A stretch of 64,000 bases of DNA from a virus (IMGVR_UViG_2654587921_000002:1-64000); one strand, 5' to 3'. Shown: positions 27,494 to 35,647, counted from the stretch's first letter. Numbers and translations: made by a program. Notes: generated by a model from the letters alone, not told the origin.

Positions 27494-27775
27494 ATGGATA
27501 TCAAGATGCGAATTTTGCAATTATGCGCTGAGCGGAATATATCGCTTAATGAACTGGCCTTGTCATCACTTTTAACACAATCTACAATTAACAACATCAC
27601 TTCCGGTAGAAACAAATCTGTAAAAGTCAGCACTATTGAAACGATTTGCAAAGGTCTTGGCATTACCTTGTTTGATTTTTTTGAGCCAACCAGGCGGCCT
27701 AAGTTTACACCAGAGGCTACCGCTGAACTAAAGGAATTCGAGAATTATCTTATAAAAAAATACAATCTCAAGTAA
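27494..27775 (+). CDS. XRE-family HTH protein
   Basis: ISLNELALSSLLTQSTINNITSGRNKSVKVSTIETICKGLGITLFDFF. Confidence 0.85.
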   Translation: MDIKMRILQLCAERNISLNELALSSLLTQSTINNITSGRNKSVKVSTIETICKGLGITLFDFFEPTRRPKFTPEATAELKEFENYLIKKYNLK

Positions 27776-27780
27776 CCATA

Positions 27781-27984
27781 TCACTGCTTCGGCGGTACAT
27801 ACAACTCCTCGATCGCTACCTGTAATGCTGCTGCAATTTTTTGCAATGTTTCTTTGTTACCTAACATTTTATGCCGTTCAATTTCGCCCAGCGTAGACTC
27901 TGGTACGCCTGCTAAACGAGCCAGAGCTGCCTGGGTTTTTATGCCTCGTTTTTTTCTGTATTCTTTGATATAGTTGCGCTCCAT
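27781..27984 (-). CDS. XRE-family HTH protein
   Basis: IKEYRKKRG..TQAALARLAGVPESTLGEIER. Confidence 0.82.
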   Translation of the reverse strand: MERNYIKEYRKKRGIKTQAALARLAGVPESTLGEIERHKMLGNKETLQKIAAALQVAIEELYVPPKQ

Positions 27985-28298
27985 GCAATGCCAAGAGCGA
28001 TATGGTTACCATATCAATGTTAACATAAAATTAAAAATTTCCTAGATAAAAATATAATTAATTCTTGGGGAAAATGAAAAATCCTGCCTGTAAAATATCG
28101 CAAATTCTTCTAAAATAATACAAAAACTGCATGTGTAATAAAAATAGCCGACAACGGCTATTTTTTTATTCGTTAATTATTTGTTTGCCTGTACGCTCGA
28201 TATTCGCGCCCACGTACAAAGACAAGCTTTAAATCCAGCAATCACACTGTCCAATCCCCCGAAAACAGGGCTACGGCGTTATATCTAACGCGTGCGGA

Positions 28299-28592
28299 CT
28301 AGCCTGCAACCATCTCGCAAAATTGTTTAAATAACATCATTGCTAATGAGATAAATATCCCGACAGCAGCAAGGTAACTGCCATTCGTAACCAGCCGGGC
28401 AACTTTCCCGTTTCCGAACGCGGACAATATCATGCTGCCGGCAAGCCCCACAATACCGACCGCAAATATCGCCACAACCCCATATAGATATGTTTTTGCA
28501 TCCGGGCTGGCACCGACGATTAAATCTCTAAGCCCAGCAGCTGAACACACCTTGGGAATTACCAACAGCACCAGAAACACTATTTTGCACAT
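28299..28592 (-). CDS. Small membrane protein (pilin/VirB2-like topology)
   Basis: Signal-like N-terminus plus two hydrophobic helices. Confidence 0.55.
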   Translation of the reverse strand: MCKIVFLVLLVIPKVCSAAGLRDLIVGASPDAKTYLYGVVAIFAVGIVGLAGSMILSAFGNGKVARLVTNGSYLAAVGIFISLAMMLFKQFCEMVAG

Positions 28593-29038
28593 CTTAATTC
28601 CTCCCTGATGTTATTTATTAATTCATCAGTAATGGTAATTACGTGGTCGCCTGGCAGTTTAAACACCCTGTCCGTTATCCTGTATTCTCTACTGGTACCA
28701 GTAACTGTATTAACCACCGTATAAATACCTGCCGCATAATCCATAATTGTACGTTCCCATGATTTACGCCGATTATCCAACCACAGCCGGCACCAATTAA
28801 CGCCGATCCGTTTTAACGGCTCCCGGCACTCTTTCAGGTAATAAAAATACGGCGCCGTCTGTGTACTACGGTTTATCACGCCCTGATCGGCGAGCGCGGC
28901 CAGCCTTCGCTGTGCTACCCGGGTTGACGGGTACAGCAATATCTGTAGCTGCTCCGTATCCAGTACGCCCCATTCCGAAAGTATCTCCTGCAGTCGTGAA
29001 TCCCTTTGGTAACATTGACGCCTGAAATTGATCAACAC
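28580..29038 (-). CDS. Replication-relaxation (Replic_Relax)-like protein, short
   Basis: RDSRLQEILSEWGVLDTEQLQILLYPSTRVAQRRLAALADQGVI; RBS GGAGG. Confidence 0.55.
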   Translation of the reverse strand: MLINFRRQCYQRDSRLQEILSEWGVLDTEQLQILLYPSTRVAQRRLAALADQGVINRSTQTAPYFYYLKECREPLKRIGVNWCRLWLDNRRKSWERTIMDYAAGIYTVVNTVTGTSREYRITDRVFKLPGDHVITITDELINNIREELRCAK

Positions 29039-30089
29039 ACATAACCTCCTCCGGATCTAAGTACGGTGTTTGAATCTCCGTAAGTTCCCGCCCCAGTCGC
29101 CAGTACGCCCGGCCAGGAATTGCCGGTAAATTTGCGCCCTCGGATGAATCCAGTATGATCCTGCTGTCGACACCGGATATGGTCTGAAAACACAATCGAC
29201 CGGTGAAGTTGGCTTTGGCATCTCCGAAACTCTTGCTGGTAAAAATCTTACTGGACGGCCGCTGAGTGGCAGCTACAATGCATATGCCGGCGGCCCGACA
29301 CAATCTGAGTAATGTTTCTAAATCTTCCTGCGCGTCCTTGTCTTTAAGTTCGGCAAGTTCATCAATAATCAGCACTATGTATGGGATTTTTGCTTTCGTT
29401 TTGGCATTATACTTCTGGACGTTAACAAACCGCGACTCTTTTAATAATAGTTGCCGACGGCGCATTTCCTGTACTAATCGGTTAAGCGCCTGGCAGGCTG
29501 TTTCTATTTCCGTAACCAGCAGTATTCTGTTTTCAAGGTAGTTATATTCGCTCATTTTTAAGTCAAGCATGACGACAATAGGCGGCTCTGGCAACGACAA
29601 TAACGAATTAATAATTACATGCACCGCGTTTGACTTCCCCGCCCCCGTAGTCCCACCAATGAGCATATGAGGAAGTTTTGCTAAATCGATTACTTGCAAT
29701 CCTGCTGTACTATAACCTAATGGTACTGGCAGTACGCCGGCACGCGGATAGTCTGCCGGGTAATCAAAGTAATTTTCCAATAAGTTATTACTGATTTTTA
29801 AGATAGCCATTTTCCCCGACTGTCGGATTTCTGCATTGACCTTATCCCCGCCGGTTGCGTCCTTGAAATAATCAATTTTGCTGTAAAAATCCTTAAATGA
29901 TATTCCGGCCGGCAGAGCTATTGTAAATGTGTAGCCGGTCGCTGTTTTATTTTTGACATGGATTTGTGGTCTGCGCGTGTCAGTCCAAAGGGCTTCCAGC
30001 GTTTCGATGACGGCCAGCGGAATTTCTTGGCCGAACATCGGTAATAAGATTGACCGTACATCGTTTTTAATCTCGGTGAGTATATCCAC
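28866..30089 (-). CDS. FtsK/SpoIIIE-family ATPase
   Basis: PHMLIGGTTGAGKS, LIIDELAEL, RLCRAAGICIVAATQRP. Confidence 0.9.
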   Translation of the reverse strand: MDILTEIKNDVRSILLPMFGQEIPLAVIETLEALWTDTRRPQIHVKNKTATGYTFTIALPAGISFKDFYSKIDYFKDATGGDKVNAEIRQSGKMAILKISNNLLENYFDYPADYPRAGVLPVPLGYSTAGLQVIDLAKLPHMLIGGTTGAGKSNAVHVIINSLLSLPEPPIVVMLDLKMSEYNYLENRILLVTEIETACQALNRLVQEMRRRQLLLKESRFVNVQKYNAKTKAKIPYIVLIIDELAELKDKDAQEDLETLLRLCRAAGICIVAATQRPSSKIFTSKSFGDAKANFTGRLCFQTISGVDSRIILDSSEGANLPAIPGRAYWRLGRELTEIQTPYLDPEEVMCVDQFQASMLPKGFTTAGDTFGMGRTGYGAATDIAVPVNPGSTAKAGRARRSGRDKP

Positions 30090-30186
30090 TGTATCACCTC
30101 CGTATATTCGCTTTGCTTTATGCTATAACAATATTCTGATTAGGAATAAAAATTGCAAGTCCATGAATATAATTAAATAAAAAATA

Positions 30187-30393
30187 TCACTCCTCTTCAG
30201 AAGTGATATAAAAAAGGTCGTTGACTGTGCATTTTAATTTCTCGCTAATTCGCAATGCCATTTCCAAAGTAGGTTGTAATTTTTGATTCTCCCACCTGTT
30301 GTAATGGCTTTGGTTGACACCTAGAAAGGAGGCAAATTCGATTTGATTCATTTCGTACTTATGTCGCCATGTTTTTAGTTTGTTTTTAAGCAT
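30187..30393 (-). CDS. XRE-family HTH protein
   Basis: LKNKLKTWR..NQIEFASFLGVNQSHYNRWENQKLQPTLEMALRISEKL. Confidence 0.88.
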   Translation of the reverse strand: MLKNKLKTWRHKYEMNQIEFASFLGVNQSHYNRWENQKLQPTLEMALRISEKLKCTVNDLFYITSEEE

Positions 30394-30473
30394 ATATTTA
30401 TCCCTCTAGGAATATATTGTTATTTATGGTATTCTGTGTATATCAACAAAAACCTTTTAAGGAGGCACAAAAT

Positions 30474-31034
30474 ATGCGAACACGGATAAAAATTAGTATG
30501 CTAATGCTCGTATTGCTCGCGATTATTACCCTAGGGTGCGGTAGCAGCAATAAACCTGAGAACAAACCTGCTGCTTCTCCTCCACCACAAAACCAACACC
30601 AGTCAATTACTACCATGAAGGCTACTACATCTCAATTTATTGAAATATATAACAAGGAAATTAAACAACGCCTTAGTGATAAATCAGTACTAGGTACAGA
30701 AAAACCAGTGCGTGACGGTGTGGTAATGTATGACATTCCGGACGGAAAAGGTTCTCATCTTATATTGAATTACAATCCAGCAGATAAGAAACTAACAACA
30801 GTGACCTTTACAGTTCAGGGGGAAAGTGGTAAGAAATTCGAAAGCAATACAATGCAGGCCTGGGCGACCGCGGTTATAAGCGCCACTGCTCCAGGAGTAT
30901 CCAATGATAATGTTCTTGAGATTCGCGGAAAGCTGTTAAATGATAACCCTGTCATAAAAAATGGTATCTATTATATGTCCCAATATACAGAGAAGGGAGC
31001 TCCCTTTTTTCAAATTATAGCGAGAGCACAGTAA
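30474..31034 (+). CDS. Lipoprotein (candidate superinfection-exclusion moron)
   Basis: MRTRIKISMLMLVLLAIITLG-C lipobox, Pro/Gln-rich linker; RBS AAGGAGG. Confidence 0.7.
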   Translation: MRTRIKISMLMLVLLAIITLGCGSSNKPENKPAASPPPQNQHQSITTMKATTSQFIEIYNKEIKQRLSDKSVLGTEKPVRDGVVMYDIPDGKGSHLILNYNPADKKLTTVTFTVQGESGKKFESNTMQAWATAVISATAPGVSNDNVLEIRGKLLNDNPVIKNGIYYMSQYTEKGAPFFQIIARAQ

Positions 31035-31035
31035 A

Positions 31036-31224
31036 ATGCCCCAAATCCACTCTGACGTAAATATCCACGATATTGTTATGCTGGTGCTTAGCCGTGCAAG
31101 TTTCGCCAGCACTTCTCCTGAACAGATGGCTGCCGAAGTCGCTCAAAAATACATACAGGTTCGTAGTATTATATTAGAAGAAATTAAGCAACATGCGAAC
31201 CCAGGAACTATGATCATTAAATAA
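31036..31224 (+). CDS. Hypothetical protein
   Basis: Coupled to the lipoprotein gene; followed by a terminator. Confidence 0.5.
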   Translation: MPQIHSDVNIHDIVMLVLSRASFASTSPEQMAAEVAQKYIQVRSIILEEIKQHANPGTMIIK

Positions 31225-31226
31225 GC

Positions 31227-31252
31227 TAAGCCCCGGCATGTGCCGGGGCTTA
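31227..31252. terminator. Bidirectional terminator
   Basis: TAAGCCCCGGCA-TG-TGCCGGGGCTTA between convergent genes. Confidence 0.75.
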
Positions 31253-31255
31253 TTA

Positions 31256-32056
31256 CTATCCTGTCTTCTTTTTCCGTTTCGGCTTCTCCTGCGCCTTGAT
31301 TGCCGCAATACTCGCTTCCAGCGCGGCCATAATATCGATAACCTTGCCAGGCGGCTCAGCTTGTTTTGTCCCAATTACGGTTTTGGCTTTACTATCAATC
31401 AGGTTCATAACGGCTTTATGATACTCGTTTTCATATTTACCGGGTTCAAAGTCAGTTATTAGCGATGTAATTAATTGCCGGGCCATATTAAGTTCTTTGT
31501 CTGACAGCTTAATACTTCCAGGCAGATACGTTTCTAGCGCTGCTACCGGTACAATCTCGTCGACAAAAAGCATAGTTGAAAGCGTCAGCGCTCCTTCAGC
31601 CGGCCGGATCGCTGCCAGGTATTCCTTGCTCCGCAAAACGAATTTTGCAATACCGACTACATTAGCCTCGCCCATAGCCTGCAGCAATAGCGCATAAGCT
31701 TTTTGGGCGCCGGTCTCCGGCACTAAATAGTAAGACGCGTCATAGTGGCGCGGGTCGATCTGATCCAATTTAACAAAGTCCTCTATGGAGATTACCCTGC
31801 TGGCCTGGGGTGCAATGGCATCTAGCTCTTGTTTGGCAATTACAACATAGCGGTCAGGGGAGATTTGATAGCCTTTAACTATTTCGTCTTGACGGACTTC
31901 GGCACCGTCAGAACCGACCTTTTTATAACTGATTCGGCTATAGTCACTTTTGCGCAGTTGATTAAAGCTGATAGTTTTCTTTTTGGTGGCCGGGTATAAA
32001 GCCACCGGAACATTAACAAGCCCGAAACTAAGCATACCTTTCCATATGGGGCGCAT
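31256..32056 (-). CDS. ku: Ku (NHEJ DNA end-binding protein)
   Basis: MRPIWKGMLSFGLVNVPVALYPAT..FNQL..IVKGY..IEDFV..YYLVP..KAYALL; Lys-rich tail. No ligD in the window. Confidence 0.95.
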   Translation of the reverse strand: MRPIWKGMLSFGLVNVPVALYPATKKKTISFNQLRKSDYSRISYKKVGSDGAEVRQDEIVKGYQISPDRYVVIAKQELDAIAPQASRVISIEDFVKLDQIDPRHYDASYYLVPETGAQKAYALLLQAMGEANVVGIAKFVLRSKEYLAAIRPAEGALTLSTMLFVDEIVPVAALETYLPGSIKLSDKELNMARQLITSLITDFEPGKYENEYHKAVMNLIDSKAKTVIGTKQAEPPGKVIDIMAALEASIAAIKAQEKPKRKKKTG

Positions 32057-32153
32057 AGTCTCACCCAATCTAGATATAGAAATAAAGCTGCCGTTGCTGG
32101 CAGCTATTTTAGTTATAATTATATCATATTGGGTTATCCCGGTCAGGTGGAAA

Positions 32154-32384
32154 TTAATGTTTTATATACCATTTACCGCTACTGTCGCAAAACAAGTTAA
32201 CCTGCTTATTGCATATCTGGCATATATACCGTTTGCCCAGGCCATTACCGACAGTGGCAGACGTTCTAACGTCCAGCAATTTGTCAACTTCAAAGTCCCT
32301 GCCATCTGCCCAATGCATGATTAGCGGCTTAATGTTGCCGTTTAGGTCGTGTTTGGCTGTGATCGTTACATATGTTATAGCCAT
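32154..32384 (-). CDS. Small conserved Firmicute protein of the type seen in SOS cassettes
   Basis: G.IKPL..HWADGR.FEVDKLLDVR....G.G.RY.C motif; LexA box in its promoter. Confidence 0.6.
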   Translation of the reverse strand: MAITYVTITAKHDLNGNIKPLIMHWADGRDFEVDKLLDVRTSATVGNGLGKRYICQICNKQVNLFCDSSGKWYIKH

Positions 32385-32404
32385 GTCTTATCACCCCTGG
32401 TTTT

Positions 32405-32433
32405 ATAATAGAACATATGTTTGTAGTTGGCAA
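32405..32433 (-). promoter_or_regulatory. SigA promoter with a LexA/DinR (SOS) box between -35 and -10
   Basis: TTGCCA-17 bp-TATTAT; AGAACATATGTTTG (32410-32423) matches 13/14 of CGAACRNRYGTTYG. Confidence 0.8.
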
Positions 32434-32477
32434 GTGGGAATAAAAGGAAAAGCCGCCCGGTTGAGCGGCCAAGAAAA

Positions 32478-32849
32478 CTACTTTGCCCTATCGGCAACTT
32501 CTGTAATTATATCGTCAATAATCGTATCCGTATCTAATGGGTGGAATTCTTGCATGTCAATTATCCATGCTTGAGTATCACCGTCATAGTGTTCATCAAT
32601 GTAACCTTCTCTCCGCGCGCCAGGAAATTGATATACTAAAATTGACTTACCGTTCAGGATATCAACGCTTGTATGGTGCGCTTCAGTTATGTACTCAAGG
32701 ACAGTTCCGTCTTGGCGAAGTTCTACTGCATGCTGCCGCAAGTCATCCCCTGGTGTTTCATCGAGGGAGTTTACCCATTGGCGTATTAGGGCCGCTTCTA
32801 TTTCTTCCCGATTGTCTTCAATTATTTTTTTCCAGTTAACCATTTTCAC
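32478..32849 (-). CDS. Hypothetical acidic protein
   Basis: ORF track; coupled to the upstream gene. Confidence 0.6.
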   Translation of the reverse strand: MKMVNWKKIIEDNREEIEAALIRQWVNSLDETPGDDLRQHAVELRQDGTVLEYITEAHHTSVDILNGKSILVYQFPGARREGYIDEHYDGDTQAWIIDMQEFHPLDTDTIIDDIITEVADRAK

Positions 32850-33304
32850 CCCTCCAATTTAGCTAACATTTTTTCGAAAAACCGAATGCTCTTATTTATA
32901 ACTTCCCCATTTTTGTAAATTGCGAAGTAATACTGGTTTCCCTTTTCGATATGTTGCCATACCTCGTATTTGTCCCCGTCGAGTTCAAATCGACTAATGC
33001 GGGATTCGTTTCTGTTTCTATCAATATTGATGATTCCTTCGACAATTTCCTTGGCTTCGCCGCTTACGATTAGCACCCAATCGCTGTTTAATATTAGGCA
33101 ATTTTTTTTGAGCCATTCGTACTTTTCAGGGTTAATCCATACCTTAAATTGACTATCCCACTTGAAACCAGCTTGATTGATTTGTTCTTTCGCCTCAAAG
33201 GTTTTGCCAGTAATCCGGTCAACGATATTGAAGGATTCTTCTATGGTGTATTGCTTGCCGTTATACTCAACCATACCGTTTTTTAAGATTCCGTCTTTTA
33301 ACAT
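32846..33304 (-). CDS. Hypothetical protein
   Basis: Its ATG is the end of the left 67-bp inverted repeat; GKTFEAKEQINQAGFKWDSQFKVW motif. Confidence 0.65.
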   Translation of the reverse strand: MLKDGILKNGMVEYNGKQYTIEESFNIVDRITGKTFEAKEQINQAGFKWDSQFKVWINPEKYEWLKKNCLILNSDWVLIVSGEAKEIVEGIINIDRNRNESRISRFELDGDKYEVWQHIEKGNQYYFAIYKNGEVINKSIRFFEKMLAKLEG

Positions 33305-33368
33305 CCTTACCGCCTCCGTTTGTTTATCTTTAATTAAATTATAATCGAAGTTAATAATAAAGTCAATA
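33302..33368 (-). repeat. Left copy of perfect 67-bp inverted repeat (promoter+RBS+ATG)
   Basis: Exact reverse complement of 34520-34586. Confidence 0.95.
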
Positions 33369-33424
33369 AGATTTTAATTAACTTTGATGAAAATTTTATT
33401 AAAAACATGGCAAGCGATAATAGA

Positions 33425-33457
33425 CAAAGTAGACCGCTGAACCAACGGTCTACTTTG
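33425..33457. other. 12-bp perfect hairpin
   Basis: CAAAGTAGACCG-9 nt-CGGTCTACTTTG. Confidence 0.7.
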
Positions 33458-33612
33458 ATTACACCTTGTGTATAGGGTTGCCTTGAAAACACCAAAGATG
33501 TAATCATTAATGTTTTCGAACTAGCAGTAAATAATAGTTTCAATACATCCAATGTATGATATAATATTACTATTAAATGTAAATTTTGTCAATCAATAAA
33601 GGAGTGTTTTTT

Positions 33613-33873
33613 ATGCACGATAATATTACATATTCAACTTGTGCGATATGTGGAATAAAGTTAAAATGGAAATACTGCCGCGCCTGTAAAGATCACCAGA
33701 CCGAATATCACCGTTTGCAGCAGAAAAAGCGATATGATTACCGCAAGGCAAACGGCCTATGCGTAAGGTGTGGTGCTCCCGCCGCTCCTGATAATGTTCG
33801 CTGTGAAAAACACATCGAGCAAAATAAAAAGAGCGGCGTTGAATATTACGCCGCAAAAACTGCCGTCAAATAG
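33613..33873 (+). CDS. Cys-rich (three CxxC-type pairs) zinc-finger-like protein
   Basis: CAICG..CRACK..CVRCG..CEKH; RBS AAAGGAG. Confidence 0.65.
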   Translation: MHDNITYSTCAICGIKLKWKYCRACKDHQTEYHRLQQKKRYDYRKANGLCVRCGAPAAPDNVRCEKHIEQNKKSGVEYYAAKTAVK

Positions 33874-34165
33874 GCGGTTTTTTTGTATGTAATCCGCCCC
33901 TGAGAATGCGGCTAGTAGCGCATCCCATTAAAGTAGCAATCCCATCACGCCATGACTCGTTAGGAAACAGGGCTTCGATGGACCGGCAAAATTCTTCTGG
34001 TCCGAATGGCATATACTCAGTGTGATATCTGATAATAACTTCTTTTATATTTTCGTCACTACCGCCTGCACGCCGGAAAGCCGCAATAAGGCGGTCAATC
34101 TGTTCACCGCTAAACCGTCCGCATTGTGGATTGATTTCTAACGCCAAATCAGATATGCCTTGCAT
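33866..34165 (-). CDS. Hypothetical protein
   Basis: RBS AAGGAGGG. Confidence 0.55.
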   Translation of the reverse strand: MQGISDLALEINPQCGRFSGEQIDRLIAAFRRAGGSDENIKEVIIRYHTEYMPFGPEEFCRSIEALFPNESWRDGIATLMGCATSRILRGGLHTKKPPI

Positions 34166-34189
34166 GTTGTTATCCCTCCTTCTCCCCGG

Positions 34190-34444
34190 CTACTGCTGGG
34201 GTTCTTTCTTTTTCCAAACTAATTCATAGTCCAACGCGGCCGCGATACGTCTAAGCTTCCAATGCGGCAAAATCCCTTGCTTTAGTTGTCTGGTTACTGT
34301 TTGCGGGGTATCATTAGTACCAAACATTTCATTTATTCGTCTTACGGCATCAGAAACATTCGAACCGGCTCCTGCCAGTTCTTTTTTTATTTCTCGCTCA
34401 ATTTCCTGCGCTTCATACTCTGGTACTGCATCCATTTTAGGCAT
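34190..34444 (-). CDS. HTH-type regulator (DUF6471-like)
   Basis: IKKELAGAGSNVSDAVRRINEMFGTNDTPQTVTRQLKQGIL..LRRIAAALDYELVW. Confidence 0.6.
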   Translation of the reverse strand: MPKMDAVPEYEAQEIEREIKKELAGAGSNVSDAVRRINEMFGTNDTPQTVTRQLKQGILPHWKLRRIAAALDYELVWKKKEPQQ

Positions 34445-34519
34445 TTGCATCCCTCCTGGCATTAGTGTATCAAACATCATTAACTTTGTAAATATTTTTA
34501 TTAAAGTTATTTAAATTTG

Positions 34520-34586
34520 TATTGACTTTATTATTAACTTCGATTATAATTTAATTAAAGATAAACAAACGGAGGCGGTAAGGATG
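34520..34586 (+). repeat. Right copy of perfect 67-bp inverted repeat: TTGACT-17-TATAAT promoter, GGAGG RBS, ATG
   Basis: -35 at 34522-34527, -10 at 34545-34550, ATG at 34584. Confidence 0.95.
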
Positions 34587-34784
34587 ACAAAGGTAGAACA
34601 ACAATCCAAAGAATGTCAGGCTTTCAACCTTGGATTAATAGCATTCGGCAATGGCAAGAAAGCAATTCCCGCGCTGGATAAAGACCTGTTAGGACTGCTT
34701 CAGGGCAATAAGGTTGGCGAAGGGCTTCCAATTATCAAAAGCTGGATAGCCGGATACAACAGCGCAAATATTCTTGCAAACTAA
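34584..34784 (+). CDS. Hypothetical protein
   Basis: Starts at the ATG ending the right inverted repeat. Confidence 0.65.
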   Translation: MTKVEQQSKECQAFNLGLIAFGNGKKAIPALDKDLLGLLQGNKVGEGLPIIKSWIAGYNSANILAN

Positions 34785-34815
34785 GCGGCCAGCACGCGCG
34801 TGGGAGGTAATAAGA

Positions 34816-35004
34816 ATGGATATAGGTCAAAAGTTTTACATGTCTAGTAAGATAACTCCAAATCCCCGACTGTTTCAGTATCTTGGACAAGACAGCGACT
34901 TGTTTGACCAGTTTTGCAATCATATAGTTCAGGAAGTATCAACTGGCGAAATAAGCCACGTTGAATTAGAGTGGTTTAATCAAAGACAAATTAACCCGGC
35001 TTAG
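34816..35004 (+). CDS. Hypothetical protein
   Basis: RBS GGAGGT before ATG 34816. Confidence 0.55.
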   Translation: MDIGQKFYMSSKITPNPRLFQYLGQDSDLFDQFCNHIVQEVSTGEISHVELEWFNQRQINPA

Positions 35005-35033
35005 CCGGGGTCATGCGGAAAGGAGTGAATAAA

Positions 35034-35156
35034 TTGGAACTTTATTTATTAGACGGTGAATGGGTTGACAGAGAAACATTTATAAGAATTTGCGAATGCA
35101 CCCCAGAGGAAGCCAGACAAATGCAATTAGATTGGGAAGAAGAGTGCCAGGGCTAA
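35034..35156 (+). CDS. 40-aa acidic peptide MELYLLDGEWVDRETFIRICECTPEEARQMQLDWEEECQG (not in ORF track)
   Basis: RBS AAAGGAG before TTG. Confidence 0.55.
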   Translation: MELYLLDGEWVDRETFIRICECTPEEARQMQLDWEEECQG

Positions 35157-35176
35157 CGCCCGGAAAGGAGTACAAT

Positions 35177-35314
35177 ATGGTAATCGTTTTTAGCGACGGC
35201 AGCATGGCCAATATGGCAGCAGATTATCGGCTTGAATCCGAGGAAAGACCGGCAACGCCGGAAGAATCTAAAATCTACTGGCAATGGCTCGATGCTATCC
35301 CCTACCCCGCCTGA
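35177..35314 (+). CDS. 45-aa hypothetical protein
   Basis: RBS AAAGGAG; its stop TGA is part of the CTGATGA motif. Confidence 0.55.
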   Translation: MVIVFSDGSMANMAADYRLESEERPATPEESKIYWQWLDAIPYPA

Positions 35315-35360
35315 TGATGGCCTTTGGTACAGGCCAAAACTCCCTCCGGGGAGTCGCGGG
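35306..35360 (+). ncRNA. Type I hammerhead ribozyme-like fold (variant core)
   Basis: Stem I CCCGC/GCGGG; CUGAUGA; stem II GGCCU/AGGCC; stem III ACUCCC/GGGAGU with UCCG loop; GUC triplet. U inserted after A9 and A in place of G12. Confidence 0.7.
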
Positions 35361-35389
35361 AACCTAATAGAAAGGAGTGAATAAATATT

Positions 35390-35584
35390 ATGCTTAAAGT
35401 AACGATTACCCTTAGTAACGATGACGCCGAACTACTGCAAAAGGCTGCCGACAATATGACGGCATGGAATGCACGTCGAGGCAGGAATACCATTTGGACA
35501 ATTGAGGATTACCTGCGTATTGGGGCCTTGCAGCAAGCCAGGGAAGACCTGGAACGACATGCAGCCGATTTGACCGCCGAATAG
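35390..35584 (+). CDS. Small protein, ribbon-helix-helix-like
   Basis: KVTITLSNDDAELLQKAAD..TIEDYLR; RBS AAAGGAG. Confidence 0.55.
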   Translation: MLKVTITLSNDDAELLQKAADNMTAWNARRGRNTIWTIEDYLRIGALQQAREDLERHAADLTAE

Positions 35585-35608
35585 GCGGTATTTTTCTGCC
35601 CAAAAATA

Positions 35609-35647
35609 AAAAGCCCACCCCCGGCCATTGGCTGAGAGTGGGCTTTA
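35609..35647. terminator. Terminator hairpin
   Basis: AAAGCCCAC...GTGGGCTTT between convergent genes. Confidence 0.6.

Noticed and set aside
33334-33552. Hydrophobic ORF as a type I toxin
   Set aside because: No RBS, and the frame runs through the AT-rich promoter repeat, which explains the Leu/Ile bias.
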